Source: an uncultured Thiotrichales bacterium (GTDB lineage Bacteria > Pseudomonadota > Gammaproteobacteria > UBA4575). Taken from it: a stretch of DNA of 57,021 nt. Shown in pieces: positions 1-9,607 of the stretch; position 1 is the stretch's first letter, and each line of letters opens with the position of its first letter. The position numbers and the translations under genes are program-made. Where the stretch lies: the NCBI GenBank assembly GCA_964410595.1, contig CAYPHQ010000001.1, positions 1-57,021 on the forward strand. The letters run 5' to 3'. The notes beneath the pieces were generated by a model that saw only the letters and a list, made by a program, of their open reading frames with translations, was not told the DNA's origin and made no database searches.

Positions 1-1320
1 CAGATCCGCATAGCTGGCCATCGCCAGTGTCCGAGGGATTGGTGTTGCGGTCATAGTTAATTGATGAGTATATATTTCTTCCCCTCCTCCCTTGCGAGTC
101 AAATCTAGACGTTGCTGCACGCCAAAGCGATGTTGCTCATCTGTAATACTGAGCGCTAAATTATGAAACTCTACACCTTGCTGAAACAATGCATGTGTGC
201 CCACTGCAATTGCCGCTGTACCACTTGAAATAAGCGCTAACATCTCACGCTTCTTCTTAGAGGGTAATGAGGAACTCAACCATGCCACTTGTACGCCAAG
301 TGGTATTAATTGTTCTGAAAAAAATCTGAAATGTTGTTCAGCCAATATTTCTGTTGGCGCCATGAAAGCCGCCTGACAATTGTTTTCAACCGCTATCAAA
401 CATGCCATCAAACCTACTACCGTTTTACCGCTACCAACATCACCTTGCACTAAACGCATCATCGGATGTGATAGGCTCATATCCTTTGATATTTCCGTCA
501 ATACTCGAGATTGAGCTTGTGTGAATTTAAACGGTAGCTGTTGTAAAAACGGATCAGTCAGCTTACCTGTGGATTTTAGTGGTATGGATTTTTTTTTGTT
601 ACTCACCAAACGCACTTGCATCATACTCAAGTGATGAGCTAATAACTCTTCAAAAACTAAGTATTGTTGGCCTGAGGTTTGCTTATTTATCAATGCTAGT
701 TTATCCGTATCTGGATAGGGACGATGAATATTGCGCAATGTCTCCAGTATATTGCCTGCTTGCATAGATAATTCTGGCCAGTCGTACAAAGTACTCTCAT
801 AAACTGTATTGTTTTTGTCTGCCCAGATAAAAGCCTTCTCTATCAAACTATGCAATCTTCTTTGCTGCAGTCCTTTAGTACTCGCATAAACAGGTTCAAG
901 GCGATCTGCTAATTGAACATTTTCATCTTCATCTAACAATCGATATTGCGGATGAATCATCTCCATTTTTCGACCCACACGACGGGCCTCACCGAAACAG
1001 ATAATACGTGAGCCATCAGACAAGCCCCTTAATTGACTTTGACTGAAATGAAAAAAACGCAGATTTATTTCACCACTTTGATCATACACAGTAGCTGTCA
1101 TCATTCGTCGTCGTCCAAACACCACTTTGGCATTGTAAACTTGGCCTACGATCTGCACATCATGAACACCGTTGATATCAGCAATTGCTGTTATGCGTGT
1201 TTTATCAACATAACGAATCGGCAGATGAAATAATAGATCACTAACAGACTTAATATTGATGGCACTTAAATTATCCAAAGTTTTTGCCGTCATGGTCGGC
1301 AAATCATTCAGATCACTCAT
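1..1320 (-). CDS. recG: ATP-dependent DNA helicase RecG, N-terminal ~440 codons (gene runs off the left edge)
   Basis: Absent from the ORF track because there is no stop in the window. My reverse-strand translation from ATG at 1320 stays open to position 1 (MSDLNDLPTMTAKTLDNL...). Walker A GDVGSGKT (codon starting at 450) and DEQH box (SITDEQHRFGV) are present. Located next to ridA-spoT-rpoZ-gmk. Confidence 0.9.
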   Translation of the reverse strand, partial: MSDLNDLPTMTAKTLDNLSAINIKSVSDLLFHLPIRYVDKTRITAIADINGVHDVQIVGQVYNAKVVFGRRRMMTATVYDQSGEINLRFFHFSQSQLRGLSDGSRIICFGEARRVGRKMEMIHPQYRLLDEDENVQLADRLEPVYASTKGLQQRRLHSLIEKAFIWADKNNTVYESTLYDWPELSMQAGNILETLRNIHRPYPDTDKLALINKQTSGQQYLVFEELLAHHLSMMQVRLVSNKKKSIPLKSTGKLTDPFLQQLPFKFTQAQSRVLTEISKDMSLSHPMMRLVQGDVGSGKTVVGLMACLIAVENNCQAAFMAPTEILAEQHFRFFSEQLIPLGVQVAWLSSSLPSKKKREMLALISSGTAAIAVGTHALFQQGVEFHNLALSITDEQHRFGVQQRLDLTRKGGGEEIYTHQLTMTATPIPRTLAMASYADL

Positions 1321-1348
1321 AGTTATTCAAGTCTATTTCTAACACTAG

Positions 1349-1729
1349 CTACAGCTCTAACACAGCATCCATTTCGACCAAAGCGTCTTTTGGAAGTGAG
1401 GCCACACCAATAGCTGCACGTGCTGGATAAGGGGCATTAAAATATCTCATCATAATTTCATTTACTTTAGCAAAATGAACAAGGTCGGTTAGAAAAATAT
1501 TAATTTTCACTACATTTTCAAGAGAACCACCCGCAGCTTGAGCAACAGCAGATAAATTATCAAATACTTGGATGATTTGTTGTTCTATGTCACCGTCAAC
1601 CATTTCCATAGTTGCTGGTATCAATGGTATTTGACCCGAACAATACACCGTAGTGCCTATTTGTACTGCTTGCGAGTATGTACCAATTGCTTGCGGAGCC
1701 TGATCGGTAGAAATGATAATTTTTTCCAT
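1349..1729 (-). CDS. ridA: RidA/YjgF family reactive-intermediate deaminase
   Basis: 126-aa ORF with a typical YjgF/UK114 layout ([10 protein letters not shown] near the N-terminus, [22 protein letters not shown] at the C-terminus). It sits between spoT and recG, as the RidA-like gene does in Pseudomonas. Confidence 0.85.
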   Translation of the reverse strand: MEKIIISTDQAPQAIGTYSQAVQIGTTVYCSGQIPLIPATMEMVDGDIEQQIIQVFDNLSAVAQAAGGSLENVVKINIFLTDLVHFAKVNEIMMRYFNAPYPARAAIGVASLPKDALVEMDAVLEL

Positions 1730-1750
1730 GTGTCTTTTCCTTAATAAAAT

Positions 1751-3931
1751 TTAATTTCGCATGCGCGTCACTTTGAATACATGCTGACTATTACGTAGTA
1801 CTCGCAATATCCTCGCCAAATGAATTCTGTCTTTTACACTCAATAAAAAGGTAATAGTGGTGCTTGTATCGTCTAAGTCTTCCACCTCAAGGTGTTCGAT
1901 ATTAGATTCTTCATTGGCAATTTTAGCCGCCAAGGTAGCCAATACACCACGTTGATTAACCGTTTGAACCCTAACTTCTACAACAAAATCTTTGGAATGA
2001 TCGCTAGACCAAGAAACTGTGATAGCCTTGTCTTTAAAAATATTCTTTCTATCAAAATTCTTGCATATTTCCCGATGTATGACTAAGCCCTTACCTTTTG
2101 TCATTAGGCCAATAATAGGATCACCGGGTATTGGATGACAACACTTACCATAATTGACTACTACGCCTTCTGTACCTTGAATCGATAACGGAATATCTCG
2201 ATTAATCAGCTCACTCTTTACTTGTTCTTGATGAATACTGGATATATTTCTTATCAATAATTCTGCCAGTTGTTCACCTAGTCCAATCGCTGCATATAAG
2301 CTCTTGAGAGACTTTACATTGGCAACTTTGAGAACATTGTTATAGTCTGCTTTGGTCAAATCTTCGGGTAATTTCTGATAACGCGCTAACGCATTTTCAA
2401 ACAATCGTTCACCCAAATCTATAGCTTCTTCTGATTGCAAATGTTTTAAATAATAACGAATATTGGTTCTCGCTTTATTCGTAACCACGAAATTTAGCCA
2501 ACTCGGTTTAGGACGTGCACTTGGATTGACCATTACCTCCACAGTCTGACCGCTCTCCAATTTGATACTCAAAGGCGATATGCGTCGGTCAACTTTAACC
2601 GCAAAACATGTATTCCCTAAATCTGAATGCACAGCGTAAGCAAAATCAACAGCCGATGAGCCACGTGGCAATACAATAATGTCTCCTGCTGGACTAAAAA
2701 CATAAATCTCATCTGGAAATAAGTCGACTTTGACACTTTCAAGAAAATCAATAGAGCTGGTAGCATTATCTTGAATTTCTTCAATATCACTTAACCATTT
2801 ATGGGTGGTCTCGTTGGCTGGCAATAAGGAATTACGATTATTCTGATTCTTATAAATCCAATGTGCGGCAATTCCAGATTCAGCAATCAAGTCCATTTCT
2901 TCGGTACGAATTTGTACTTCAACTACAATGCCCTTAGGCCCAAACAAAATTGTGTGCAGAGACTGGTATCCATTTTTTTTCGGAATAGCAATATAATCTT
3001 TAAAACGTCCTGGCACGGGTTTATATAAATTATGTACCAAGCCAAGCACGCGATAACATAGATCCACATTGTCTACAATTATACGAATTGCGAATATATC
3101 ATGCACTTCTGAAAATGAGATTTTCTTAGCCTGCATTTTCTTATAAATGCTATAGAGATTTTTTTCTCGCCCAAAAATACGGCTCTCAATTTTTGCACTT
3201 TCTAACTGTGCACAAATTAATGTCTCTACGTTTCTCATCACTTCTTTACGATTGCGCCGATTTTTTCCAACAACTTTTTCTAGCACTGAATAACGAAAAG
3301 GATGAATGGCTTTGAAACATAACACTTCTAGTTCAAGACGCATTTTATGCATACCTAAACGCTGCGCTATCGGCACATAAATATCCATGGTTTCTTGTGC
3401 AATACGACGCTGCTTATCTCGTCGCATTACACCAATGGTACGTAAGTTGTGTAAACGATCTGCTAATTTGATTAAGATAATGCGTATATCTTGCACCATA
3501 GCCAACATCATTTTGCGAAAATTTTCAGCTTGAGCTTCTTTTTTCGAAGAGAACGTTAAGTCAGTTAGCTTACTGACACCATCCACTAACTCAGCCACCT
3601 CGTGACCAAATTGTTCATGAATTTGTTCTTTTGCTGTAGGTGTGTCCTCAATCACATCATGCAGGATTGCCGCCATGATGCTTTGATCATCAAGATGCAT
3701 GTCGGCCATGATTTTAGCCACTGCTAAGGGATGGTAAATGTACGGCTCGCCGGTGAGGCGCTCTTGGCCATCGTGTGCTTCAGCACTAAATAAATAAGCA
3801 TGATAGATATCTCTGACCTCAGACGGCTCGAGGTAAGTATCTAATAATTCACACAATTCACTGACTAGGAAACGTGTAGATTTTCCCGTATTTAAGACAA
3901 CATCTTGGGTGATATTATTTGCCTTCGCCAT
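1751..3931 (-). CDS. spoT: bifunctional (p)ppGpp synthetase/hydrolase SpoT
   Basis: 726 aa with an HD hydrolase motif (AAILHDVIEDT), a RelA/SpoT synthetase core (GYQSLHT), then TGS and ACT-like C-terminal regions. It lies immediately downstream of rpoZ. Confidence 0.9.
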   Translation of the reverse strand: MAKANNITQDVVLNTGKSTRFLVSELCELLDTYLEPSEVRDIYHAYLFSAEAHDGQERLTGEPYIYHPLAVAKIMADMHLDDQSIMAAILHDVIEDTPTAKEQIHEQFGHEVAELVDGVSKLTDLTFSSKKEAQAENFRKMMLAMVQDIRIILIKLADRLHNLRTIGVMRRDKQRRIAQETMDIYVPIAQRLGMHKMRLELEVLCFKAIHPFRYSVLEKVVGKNRRNRKEVMRNVETLICAQLESAKIESRIFGREKNLYSIYKKMQAKKISFSEVHDIFAIRIIVDNVDLCYRVLGLVHNLYKPVPGRFKDYIAIPKKNGYQSLHTILFGPKGIVVEVQIRTEEMDLIAESGIAAHWIYKNQNNRNSLLPANETTHKWLSDIEEIQDNATSSIDFLESVKVDLFPDEIYVFSPAGDIIVLPRGSSAVDFAYAVHSDLGNTCFAVKVDRRISPLSIKLESGQTVEVMVNPSARPKPSWLNFVVTNKARTNIRYYLKHLQSEEAIDLGERLFENALARYQKLPEDLTKADYNNVLKVANVKSLKSLYAAIGLGEQLAELLIRNISSIHQEQVKSELINRDIPLSIQGTEGVVVNYGKCCHPIPGDPIIGLMTKGKGLVIHREICKNFDRKNIFKDKAITVSWSSDHSKDFVVEVRVQTVNQRGVLATLAAKIANEESNIEHLEVEDLDDTSTTITFLLSVKDRIHLARILRVLRNSQHVFKVTRMRN

Positions 3932-3955
3932 ATTTAGGCGACTCGCAAATGCAGA

Positions 3956-4330
3956 TTACTGCTCTTGTGCTCCAGCTTCATCGCTGCTGCTGGCTACATC
4001 TAATTTTGGAGTTGTAGGCTCGCTTTCAACTTGATTCAATTCACGGCCAATTTCAGCTCGCAAAGCCGCCGCCACTGCATCGACCTCTTCGATCTCCTCA
4101 GAAAGCAACTCTTCCGACTCTTTTTGCATGATATCTTCTTTTAGATAATCCTCTGTCACCAAGGATTCAGCAATTTCACGCAAAGCAACTACCGTGGGCT
4201 TGTCATTTTCCCATTCAACTAAAGGGTCTGTACCCATGGCTATATGACGTGCACGCTTGCTCGCGACCATAATCAATCTGAAGCGGTTATCAATTTTTTC
4301 CAAACAATCTTCTACGGTTACACGTGCCAC
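3956..4330 (-). CDS. rpoZ: DNA-directed RNA polymerase subunit omega
   Basis: The track starts at TTG 4336. GTG at 4330 gives [17 protein letters not shown], matching E. coli MARVTVQDAVEKIGNRF, with GGAGA (4337-4341) 6 nt upstream. A long acidic C-terminal tail follows. Confidence 0.9.
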   Translation of the reverse strand: MARVTVEDCLEKIDNRFRLIMVASKRARHIAMGTDPLVEWENDKPTVVALREIAESLVTEDYLKEDIMQKESEELLSEEIEEVDAVAAALRAEIGRELNQVESEPTTPKLDVASSSDEAGAQEQ

Positions 4331-4485
4331 TTTCAATCTCCAAACTTATTGTAAAAAATTTAATCTATTCACTATACTAGATAAGTGTAGTCCATTTTCT
4401 TGCCATCGACTACACCCAATAAGCATTACCCGTTAACGTGACTTATCGACATGTCCAAACACAGGTAAATACCTCTCACTGATGT

Positions 4486-5112
4486 TTAGCTAAGCATGTC
4501 AGCCAATTGCTTCACATCTGGCGCAGCATAGTCTTGCGGATGAGTAAACAGTTTCAACATTCGCTCCAGAGCTAAATCGAGATCATCATTGATGAGCAAG
4601 TAGTCATATTCATCATAATGGCTCACTTCTTCTCGTGCCTGCTGCATTCTGTCAGCAATCACCTCAGCACTATCCTGACCGCGCTCCTGCAATCTTTGCT
4701 CAAGAATCTCAATGCTTGGCGGCAAGATAAATATCGATTTAGCCTGCGGATAAATTGCCCGCACTTGTCTGGCTCCTTGCCAATCAATTTCTAACACTAC
4801 CTGCTGTTTCGCCTCTAATAAAGACTCGATAGCAGCTTTCGAAGTGCCATAATAATTATCGAACACACATGCATGTTCTACAAAGGCTTGATTCTCAACC
4901 ATTTCTAAAAATATTTGTTCTGATACAAAATGATAGTGAATTCCATCTGATTCTCCCTCACGAGGTGCACGTGTGGTGTGTGAAATGGCCACACTAACAT
5001 TCTCCAGCTGTGCTCTAACCTGTGCAAGCATAGAAGTTTTACCCGCACCGGAGGGAGCTGAAACTATATATAAATTAGATTCTGACATGATTACTTTTTG
5101 ATTCGAAGACAC
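4486..5112 (-). CDS. gmk: guanylate kinase
   Basis: P-loop [10 protein letters not shown] and full-length Gmk similarity. The internal ATG at 5088 ([17 protein letters not shown]) aligns better with the E. coli N-terminus, so the start is uncertain. Confidence 0.9.
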   Translation of the reverse strand: MSSNQKVIMSESNLYIVSAPSGAGKTSMLAQVRAQLENVSVAISHTTRAPREGESDGIHYHFVSEQIFLEMVENQAFVEHACVFDNYYGTSKAAIESLLEAKQQVVLEIDWQGARQVRAIYPQAKSIFILPPSIEILEQRLQERGQDSAEVIADRMQQAREEVSHYDEYDYLLINDDLDLALERMLKLFTHPQDYAAPDVKQLADMLS

Positions 5113-5153
5113 TTATCTTACACAAATAATCAACCTCTTCGTATTACCCCAAA

Positions 5154-5828
5154 TTAGTGAGTGATGGGTAAGAGCACAATCTCTACACGTCGATTCAAAG
5201 CGCGTCCACTTGGACTGCTATTGTCGGCTATCGGGTGGTTTTCACCGTAGCCATAAGCACCTAATCGCTGTGGTAACACCCCCTGACTGATAAAGTACTC
5301 GGACACACTATGTGCGCGTTGCTCAGACAAGGCTTGATTATAATCAGCACGACCTGTGCTATCAGAATGCCCGACCACCTCAATCAAAGTTTTATCATAT
5401 TCTTGAACAACTAAAGTGACTGAATTAAGCACTCTGAAGAAGCCCGCACTAATATCAGCACTACCGACATCAAATGTCACGTTACCAGGCATGTTTAAAA
5501 TCACTTGATCGTCTTGACGTATCACACTGACGCCACTGCCAGCCAACTGTTGGCGCAATTCAGCTTCTTGACGATCCATGTAATAACCCACGGCCCCACC
5601 CGTCAGCGCACCCAGTCCAGCTCCAATCAATGCATTCCTACGCCGTTCTCTGCCACCATCACCACTCAATACACCAATCACAGCCCCTGCTGCTGCACCG
5701 ATTGCGGCTCCCTTGGTGGTTTTATTCACTTTTGACTCACCCGTATAGGGATCCAAGGTTTTGCAGCTCAACAATACTTGAACACATGATAAGCAAATGC
5801 TAATGATCAAAAATCTCGATGATTTCAT
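5154..5828 (-). CDS. OmpA-family lipoprotein (glycine-zipper plus OmpA C-terminal peptidoglycan-binding domain, YiaD-like)
   Basis: Lipobox LLSC after a signal peptide, a Gly-zipper (GAAIGAAAGAVIGVLSG), and an OmpA_C motif (GHSDSTGRADYNQALSEQRA...NRRVEI). Confidence 0.8.
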   Translation of the reverse strand: MKSSRFLIISICLSCVQVLLSCKTLDPYTGESKVNKTTKGAAIGAAAGAVIGVLSGDGGRERRRNALIGAGLGALTGGAVGYYMDRQEAELRQQLAGSGVSVIRQDDQVILNMPGNVTFDVGSADISAGFFRVLNSVTLVVQEYDKTLIEVVGHSDSTGRADYNQALSEQRAHSVSEYFISQGVLPQRLGAYGYGENHPIADNSSPSGRALNRRVEIVLLPITH

Positions 5829-5881
5829 AAATATTTCTCTATCAAGTCAAAACACACATTTCACGACGTTACATCTATGTG

Positions 5882-5910
5882 TTGTGTGTGTGAGAGTTAG
5901 CCAATATAAT
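5882..5910 (+). promoter_or_regulatory. sigma70-type promoter candidate for the 26-codon mini-gene
   Basis: TTGTGT (5882-5887), a 17-nt spacer, then a perfect TATAAT (5905-5910). It lies about 45 nt upstream of ATG 5954. Confidence 0.4.
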
Positions 5911-5953
5911 CTGCACTTTATTATACTAATTAAAATTATCCTGGAGACCAAAC

Positions 5954-6034
5954 ATGAACTATGATGCTTCTGCACTACTCGTAGGTGTTGTAATCGTGGT
6001 TATTGCACTGGTTATGGCATTCGTATTTGTCTAA
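5954..6034 (+). CDS. candidate 26-aa hydrophobic small membrane protein (MNYDASALLVGVVIVVIALVMAFVFV)
   Basis: Below the ORF-track size cut-off. GGAGA (5943-5947) lies 6 nt before the ATG. It has its own promoter candidate and a strong downstream terminator, and a single predicted TM helix. Confidence 0.35.
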   Translation: MNYDASALLVGVVIVVIALVMAFVFV

Positions 6035-6090
6035 ATAATCAGTCCGATGAGTAACTGAAAAGTTACTTAAGACTTACAAGTTACGATATT

Positions 6091-6118
6091 AAAAAAGCAC
6101 TGCTTAGCAGTGCTTTTT
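6091..6118. terminator. bidirectional Rho-independent terminator (end of the pst-phoU operon and of the mini-gene)
   Basis: AAAAAA-GCACTGC-tta-GCAGTGC-TTTTT: a perfect 7-bp GC-rich stem flanked by an A-run and a T-run. Confidence 0.7.
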
Positions 6119-6274
6119 ATTTGCCTAGAATGTATCCAGGACTCATTGAACTGTCTAGAAAACCACTTAAAGATTCTCATCAATTATGTATGATTTCTAA
6201 TTATTTAGAATGATTGGGCATCTGAAACTATTCTATTTCTTTCTCCTCAAGAGACACTGACTGAAAACTTTAGA

Positions 6275-6985
6275 TTACTTAAAATCGTCGATTGCCTGTT
6301 GGAAGCTAGCATGCCGAATATCTTTACCCTCCACAGTGAATATCACATATTCGCAAATATTCTTGGCATGATCGCCGACTCGCTCCAGTGCCCGTGATAT
6401 CCAAATAAGTCTTAAACACAGCTCAACCATGGCACGATTATCATTGATTGCATTAATCATATTGAGCATGATCAACTCGTACTGATGATTAATGTTTTTG
6501 TCTGAAGCTGCCGTCTCATATGCGCTGGCTACGTCCATGCGTGCGAAAGCATCTAAGGATGAGCGTAACATCACTTTTACCATATCACCTAAATGCTTGA
6601 GATGTGCATAATAACTTTGACTGCAATCTTCAGTGGCAAGATCAATAGCATTCTTACCAATTTTTTCTGCTTCGTCACCAATACGCTCAAGATCTGAAAT
6701 GGTTTTAAAAATGGACATGACCAAGCGTAAATCATTAGCTGTAGGTTGTCTGAGTGCGATAATCTGATTACATTCTTCATCAATAGCAATTTCCATCGCA
6801 TTAATCTGATAATCATTCATTGCAACCTGCTCGGCTAACTGACTGTCACCATTAAATAACGCAGTCAAACTGTTCTCCAGTTGTTTCTCAACCAACCCAC
6901 CCATACTCATGACCTGACTGCGAATCGATTCTAGATCATCATCGAACTGTCGAAGTATATGTTGTCCAGTTTTATCATTTGACAT
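6275..6985 (-). CDS. phoU: phosphate signalling complex protein PhoU
   Basis: 236 aa with the duplicated PhoU repeat (DLERIGDEAEKI and ALERVGDHAKNI). It lies downstream of pstB. Confidence 0.92.
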   Translation of the reverse strand: MSNDKTGQHILRQFDDDLESIRSQVMSMGGLVEKQLENSLTALFNGDSQLAEQVAMNDYQINAMEIAIDEECNQIIALRQPTANDLRLVMSIFKTISDLERIGDEAEKIGKNAIDLATEDCSQSYYAHLKHLGDMVKVMLRSSLDAFARMDVASAYETAASDKNINHQYELIMLNMINAINDNRAMVELCLRLIWISRALERVGDHAKNICEYVIFTVEGKDIRHASFQQAIDDFK

Positions 6986-7043
6986 AGCTAATCCTTAGGT
7001 AGCACTCATTAAATTAATTACAACTAAACGTCGCGATCAAAAA

Positions 7044-7826
7044 CTAACCATAACGGCCGGTAATGTAATCCTCGGTTTTTTTCTCTTTTGGATTGGTGAA
7101 AATTTTATCAGTAGCACTAAACTCTATCAGCTCACCTAAATACAAAAATGCGGTGTAATCCGATACACGTGCCGCTTGTTGCATATTATGAGTGACGATG
7201 ACCACTGTGTATTGTGATTTAAGATCAAAAATCAATTCTTCAATTTTCAAGGTAGAAATCGGATCTAATGCAGATGCCGGTTCATCTAATAATAATACTT
7301 CAGGCTGTATCGCTATCGCGCGAGCTATGACGAGTCGTTGCTGTTGCCCACCGGATAACTCGAAAGCATTATCTTGCAAACGCCCTCCAACCTCTTCCCA
7401 TAATGCTGCACTCTTGAGTGAAGCCTCCACTCGATCTTGCAACTCAGTTTTGTTATTTAAGCCTTGCAATCTGAGACCGTAAGCCACATTTTCAAAAATT
7501 GATTTAGGAAATGGATTAGGTTTTTGGAACACCATGCCCACTTGGCGACGCAAATCTGTCACATTAACTTTTATGTCATTGATATCCTCTCCATTCAACA
7601 ACATCTTTCCTTTTAATTGCACATCATCAATGAGATCATTCATCCGATTCATGCAGCGCAATAATGTTGACTTGCCACAACCACTGGGCCCGATAAAGGC
7701 TGTCACCCGATTGCTAGGGATTTGTAAATTGATATCGAATAAAGCTTGTTTTTCGCCATAAAAAAGCGAAAAATCTTTGCATTCAAGACAAACTTTTTTG
7801 TCCCCTAGAGTATTTGTAACGCTCAT
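7044..7826 (-). CDS. pstB: phosphate ABC transporter ATP-binding protein PstB
   Basis: Walker [10 protein letters not shown], signature LSGGQQQRL, Walker B LLLDEP, and the PstB-typical C-terminal end TGRYG. Confidence 0.95.
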   Translation of the reverse strand: MSVTNTLGDKKVCLECKDFSLFYGEKQALFDINLQIPSNRVTAFIGPSGCGKSTLLRCMNRMNDLIDDVQLKGKMLLNGEDINDIKVNVTDLRRQVGMVFQKPNPFPKSIFENVAYGLRLQGLNNKTELQDRVEASLKSAALWEEVGGRLQDNAFELSGGQQQRLVIARAIAIQPEVLLLDEPASALDPISTLKIEELIFDLKSQYTVVIVTHNMQQAARVSDYTAFLYLGELIEFSATDKIFTNPKEKKTEDYITGRYG

Positions 7827-7912
7827 TCGATCCTCATCTCATCCTGTTGATCTAGTATTTGGAATTGCCATCTATATGACACTTGAAATCTATTGTTTAT
7901 AGTTGGCATCAA

Positions 7913-9604
7913 TTATTGCTCCATGGTTTTATATTTTTCACGCAAATGATTTCGAATATAAATCGCACTAATATTTAAAACAATAATTACAGCAACTAAA
8001 ATTAGCGCAGTGGCATAGACTAAAGGTTGTGCCGCTTCAACGTTAGGGCTTTGGAAACCCACGTCATATATATGAAAGCCTAAATGCATAAACTTTCGCT
8101 CTAAATGTATAAATGGCGCATTCATATCAACCGGCAAAGAAGGTGCCAACTTAACTGCACCTACTAACATCAAAGGCGCCACCTCTCCAGCAGCCCGCGC
8201 CACAGCTAATATTAAACCTGTCATCATAGCAGGACTGGCCATCGGTATGATGGTACGCCATAGAGTTTCTGCCTTAGTGGCACCTAACGCTAATGACCCT
8301 TCTCTGATTGAGCGTGGAATTCTTGCCAACCCTTCTTCAGTAGCGACGATTACAACAGGCACTGTCAATAGCGCCAGTGTCAGTGACGCCCATAATAAAC
8401 CACCTGAGCCGTATGTTGGGGCTGGCAAGGCCTCTGGATAAAACAATTGATCGATGTGTCCGCCAAGAAAATATATAAAGAAACCTAAACCAAATACGCC
8501 ATATACTATCGACGGCACACCAGCTAAATTATTCACTGAAATGCGCACCAAGCGTGTAACAAATCCTTGCTTGGCATACTCGCGCAAGTAGATGGCCGCA
8601 ATCACTCCGAAAGGTGTCACAATGATAGCCATCAGTAACACCATCATGACAGTGCCGAAAATTGCAGGAAAGATACCACCTTCTGTGTTAGCTTCGCGGG
8701 GATCTTCAGAAACAAAATCTTTGATATTGACCAGATAGGTAATCAGTTTCTGGAACACATTCATACTATTTGGACGCGTGGCTTTAATAATTTCCGACAG
8801 GTTGATTGTTACATCCCGTCCATTCATGACCGACATAATCACACTATCGCGGCGGATTTCTTCGTAAATCGTATCTAGCTCAGATTTTAGTTTGGCATAC
8901 TCTTCATCTAGCAAACTCTTATCTGCTGCAAGTTTCTCTTGCATTTGCCTATCTAAGCGATTGTCTAATTCAGCTTTGCGTTCACGCAAACGCAATTTTT
9001 CCATGCGATAGTTGACTGCACCTATCTCATTTTTCTCAATCTTATGAATACGCTCACGCAGTTCTTGTACACGCACAATACGCTGTTGTAACTCAAACCA
9101 CAGATCTTGTGATTGCGAATCTGCATTGGCTTGAGTAAGTTCAATGGTCTGATCATATTCTTGAATAGATTTGATGAAACCATAAAAATTTCCCCATTCG
9201 GTACGCTCAAATACAATCGCCTCTGTGGGCTTGGACTGTTTCAGCTCATTCGGACCAACGATTAATTTGAAATCAAAGCCATATACATCACGGTTACCTG
9301 TCTTAAGCAATGTGCGTTCAATAAACTCATCATCACCATCAATCTGAATGCCTGCATCTGCTAACTGTTTAACAGAGACTGTTTTTGTCCTAGCACGCTC
9401 ACCGAGTAAAACCACTTGTGCATTTTGATCTTGATACTCTATTTCCCAAATAGTTTTAGGCCAAAAATGTCCTAAACCACTTACAGCAATGAGCAATAAA
9501 AGACCCATCACCATAATGATGCTAATGGAAACCGCCGCCGCATTCAGCCATATCCATGGAGTGCCACTTTGGAAAAATTTCTGTTGTGTATTTCTCTCAC
9601 TCAT
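7913..9604 (-). CDS. pstA: phosphate ABC transporter permease PstA, long form (563 aa)
   Basis: The C-terminal ~250 aa are a typical PstA permease core. After TM1 there is a ~260-aa extracytoplasmic insert containing a coiled-coil-like stretch. Confidence 0.9.
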   Translation of the reverse strand: MSERNTQQKFFQSGTPWIWLNAAAVSISIIMVMGLLLLIAVSGLGHFWPKTIWEIEYQDQNAQVVLLGERARTKTVSVKQLADAGIQIDGDDEFIERTLLKTGNRDVYGFDFKLIVGPNELKQSKPTEAIVFERTEWGNFYGFIKSIQEYDQTIELTQANADSQSQDLWFELQQRIVRVQELRERIHKIEKNEIGAVNYRMEKLRLRERKAELDNRLDRQMQEKLAADKSLLDEEYAKLKSELDTIYEEIRRDSVIMSVMNGRDVTINLSEIIKATRPNSMNVFQKLITYLVNIKDFVSEDPREANTEGGIFPAIFGTVMMVLLMAIIVTPFGVIAAIYLREYAKQGFVTRLVRISVNNLAGVPSIVYGVFGLGFFIYFLGGHIDQLFYPEALPAPTYGSGGLLWASLTLALLTVPVVIVATEEGLARIPRSIREGSLALGATKAETLWRTIIPMASPAMMTGLILAVARAAGEVAPLMLVGAVKLAPSLPVDMNAPFIHLERKFMHLGFHIYDVGFQSPNVEAAQPLVYATALILVAVIIVLNISAIYIRNHLREKYKTMEQ

Positions 9605-9607
9605 AAT

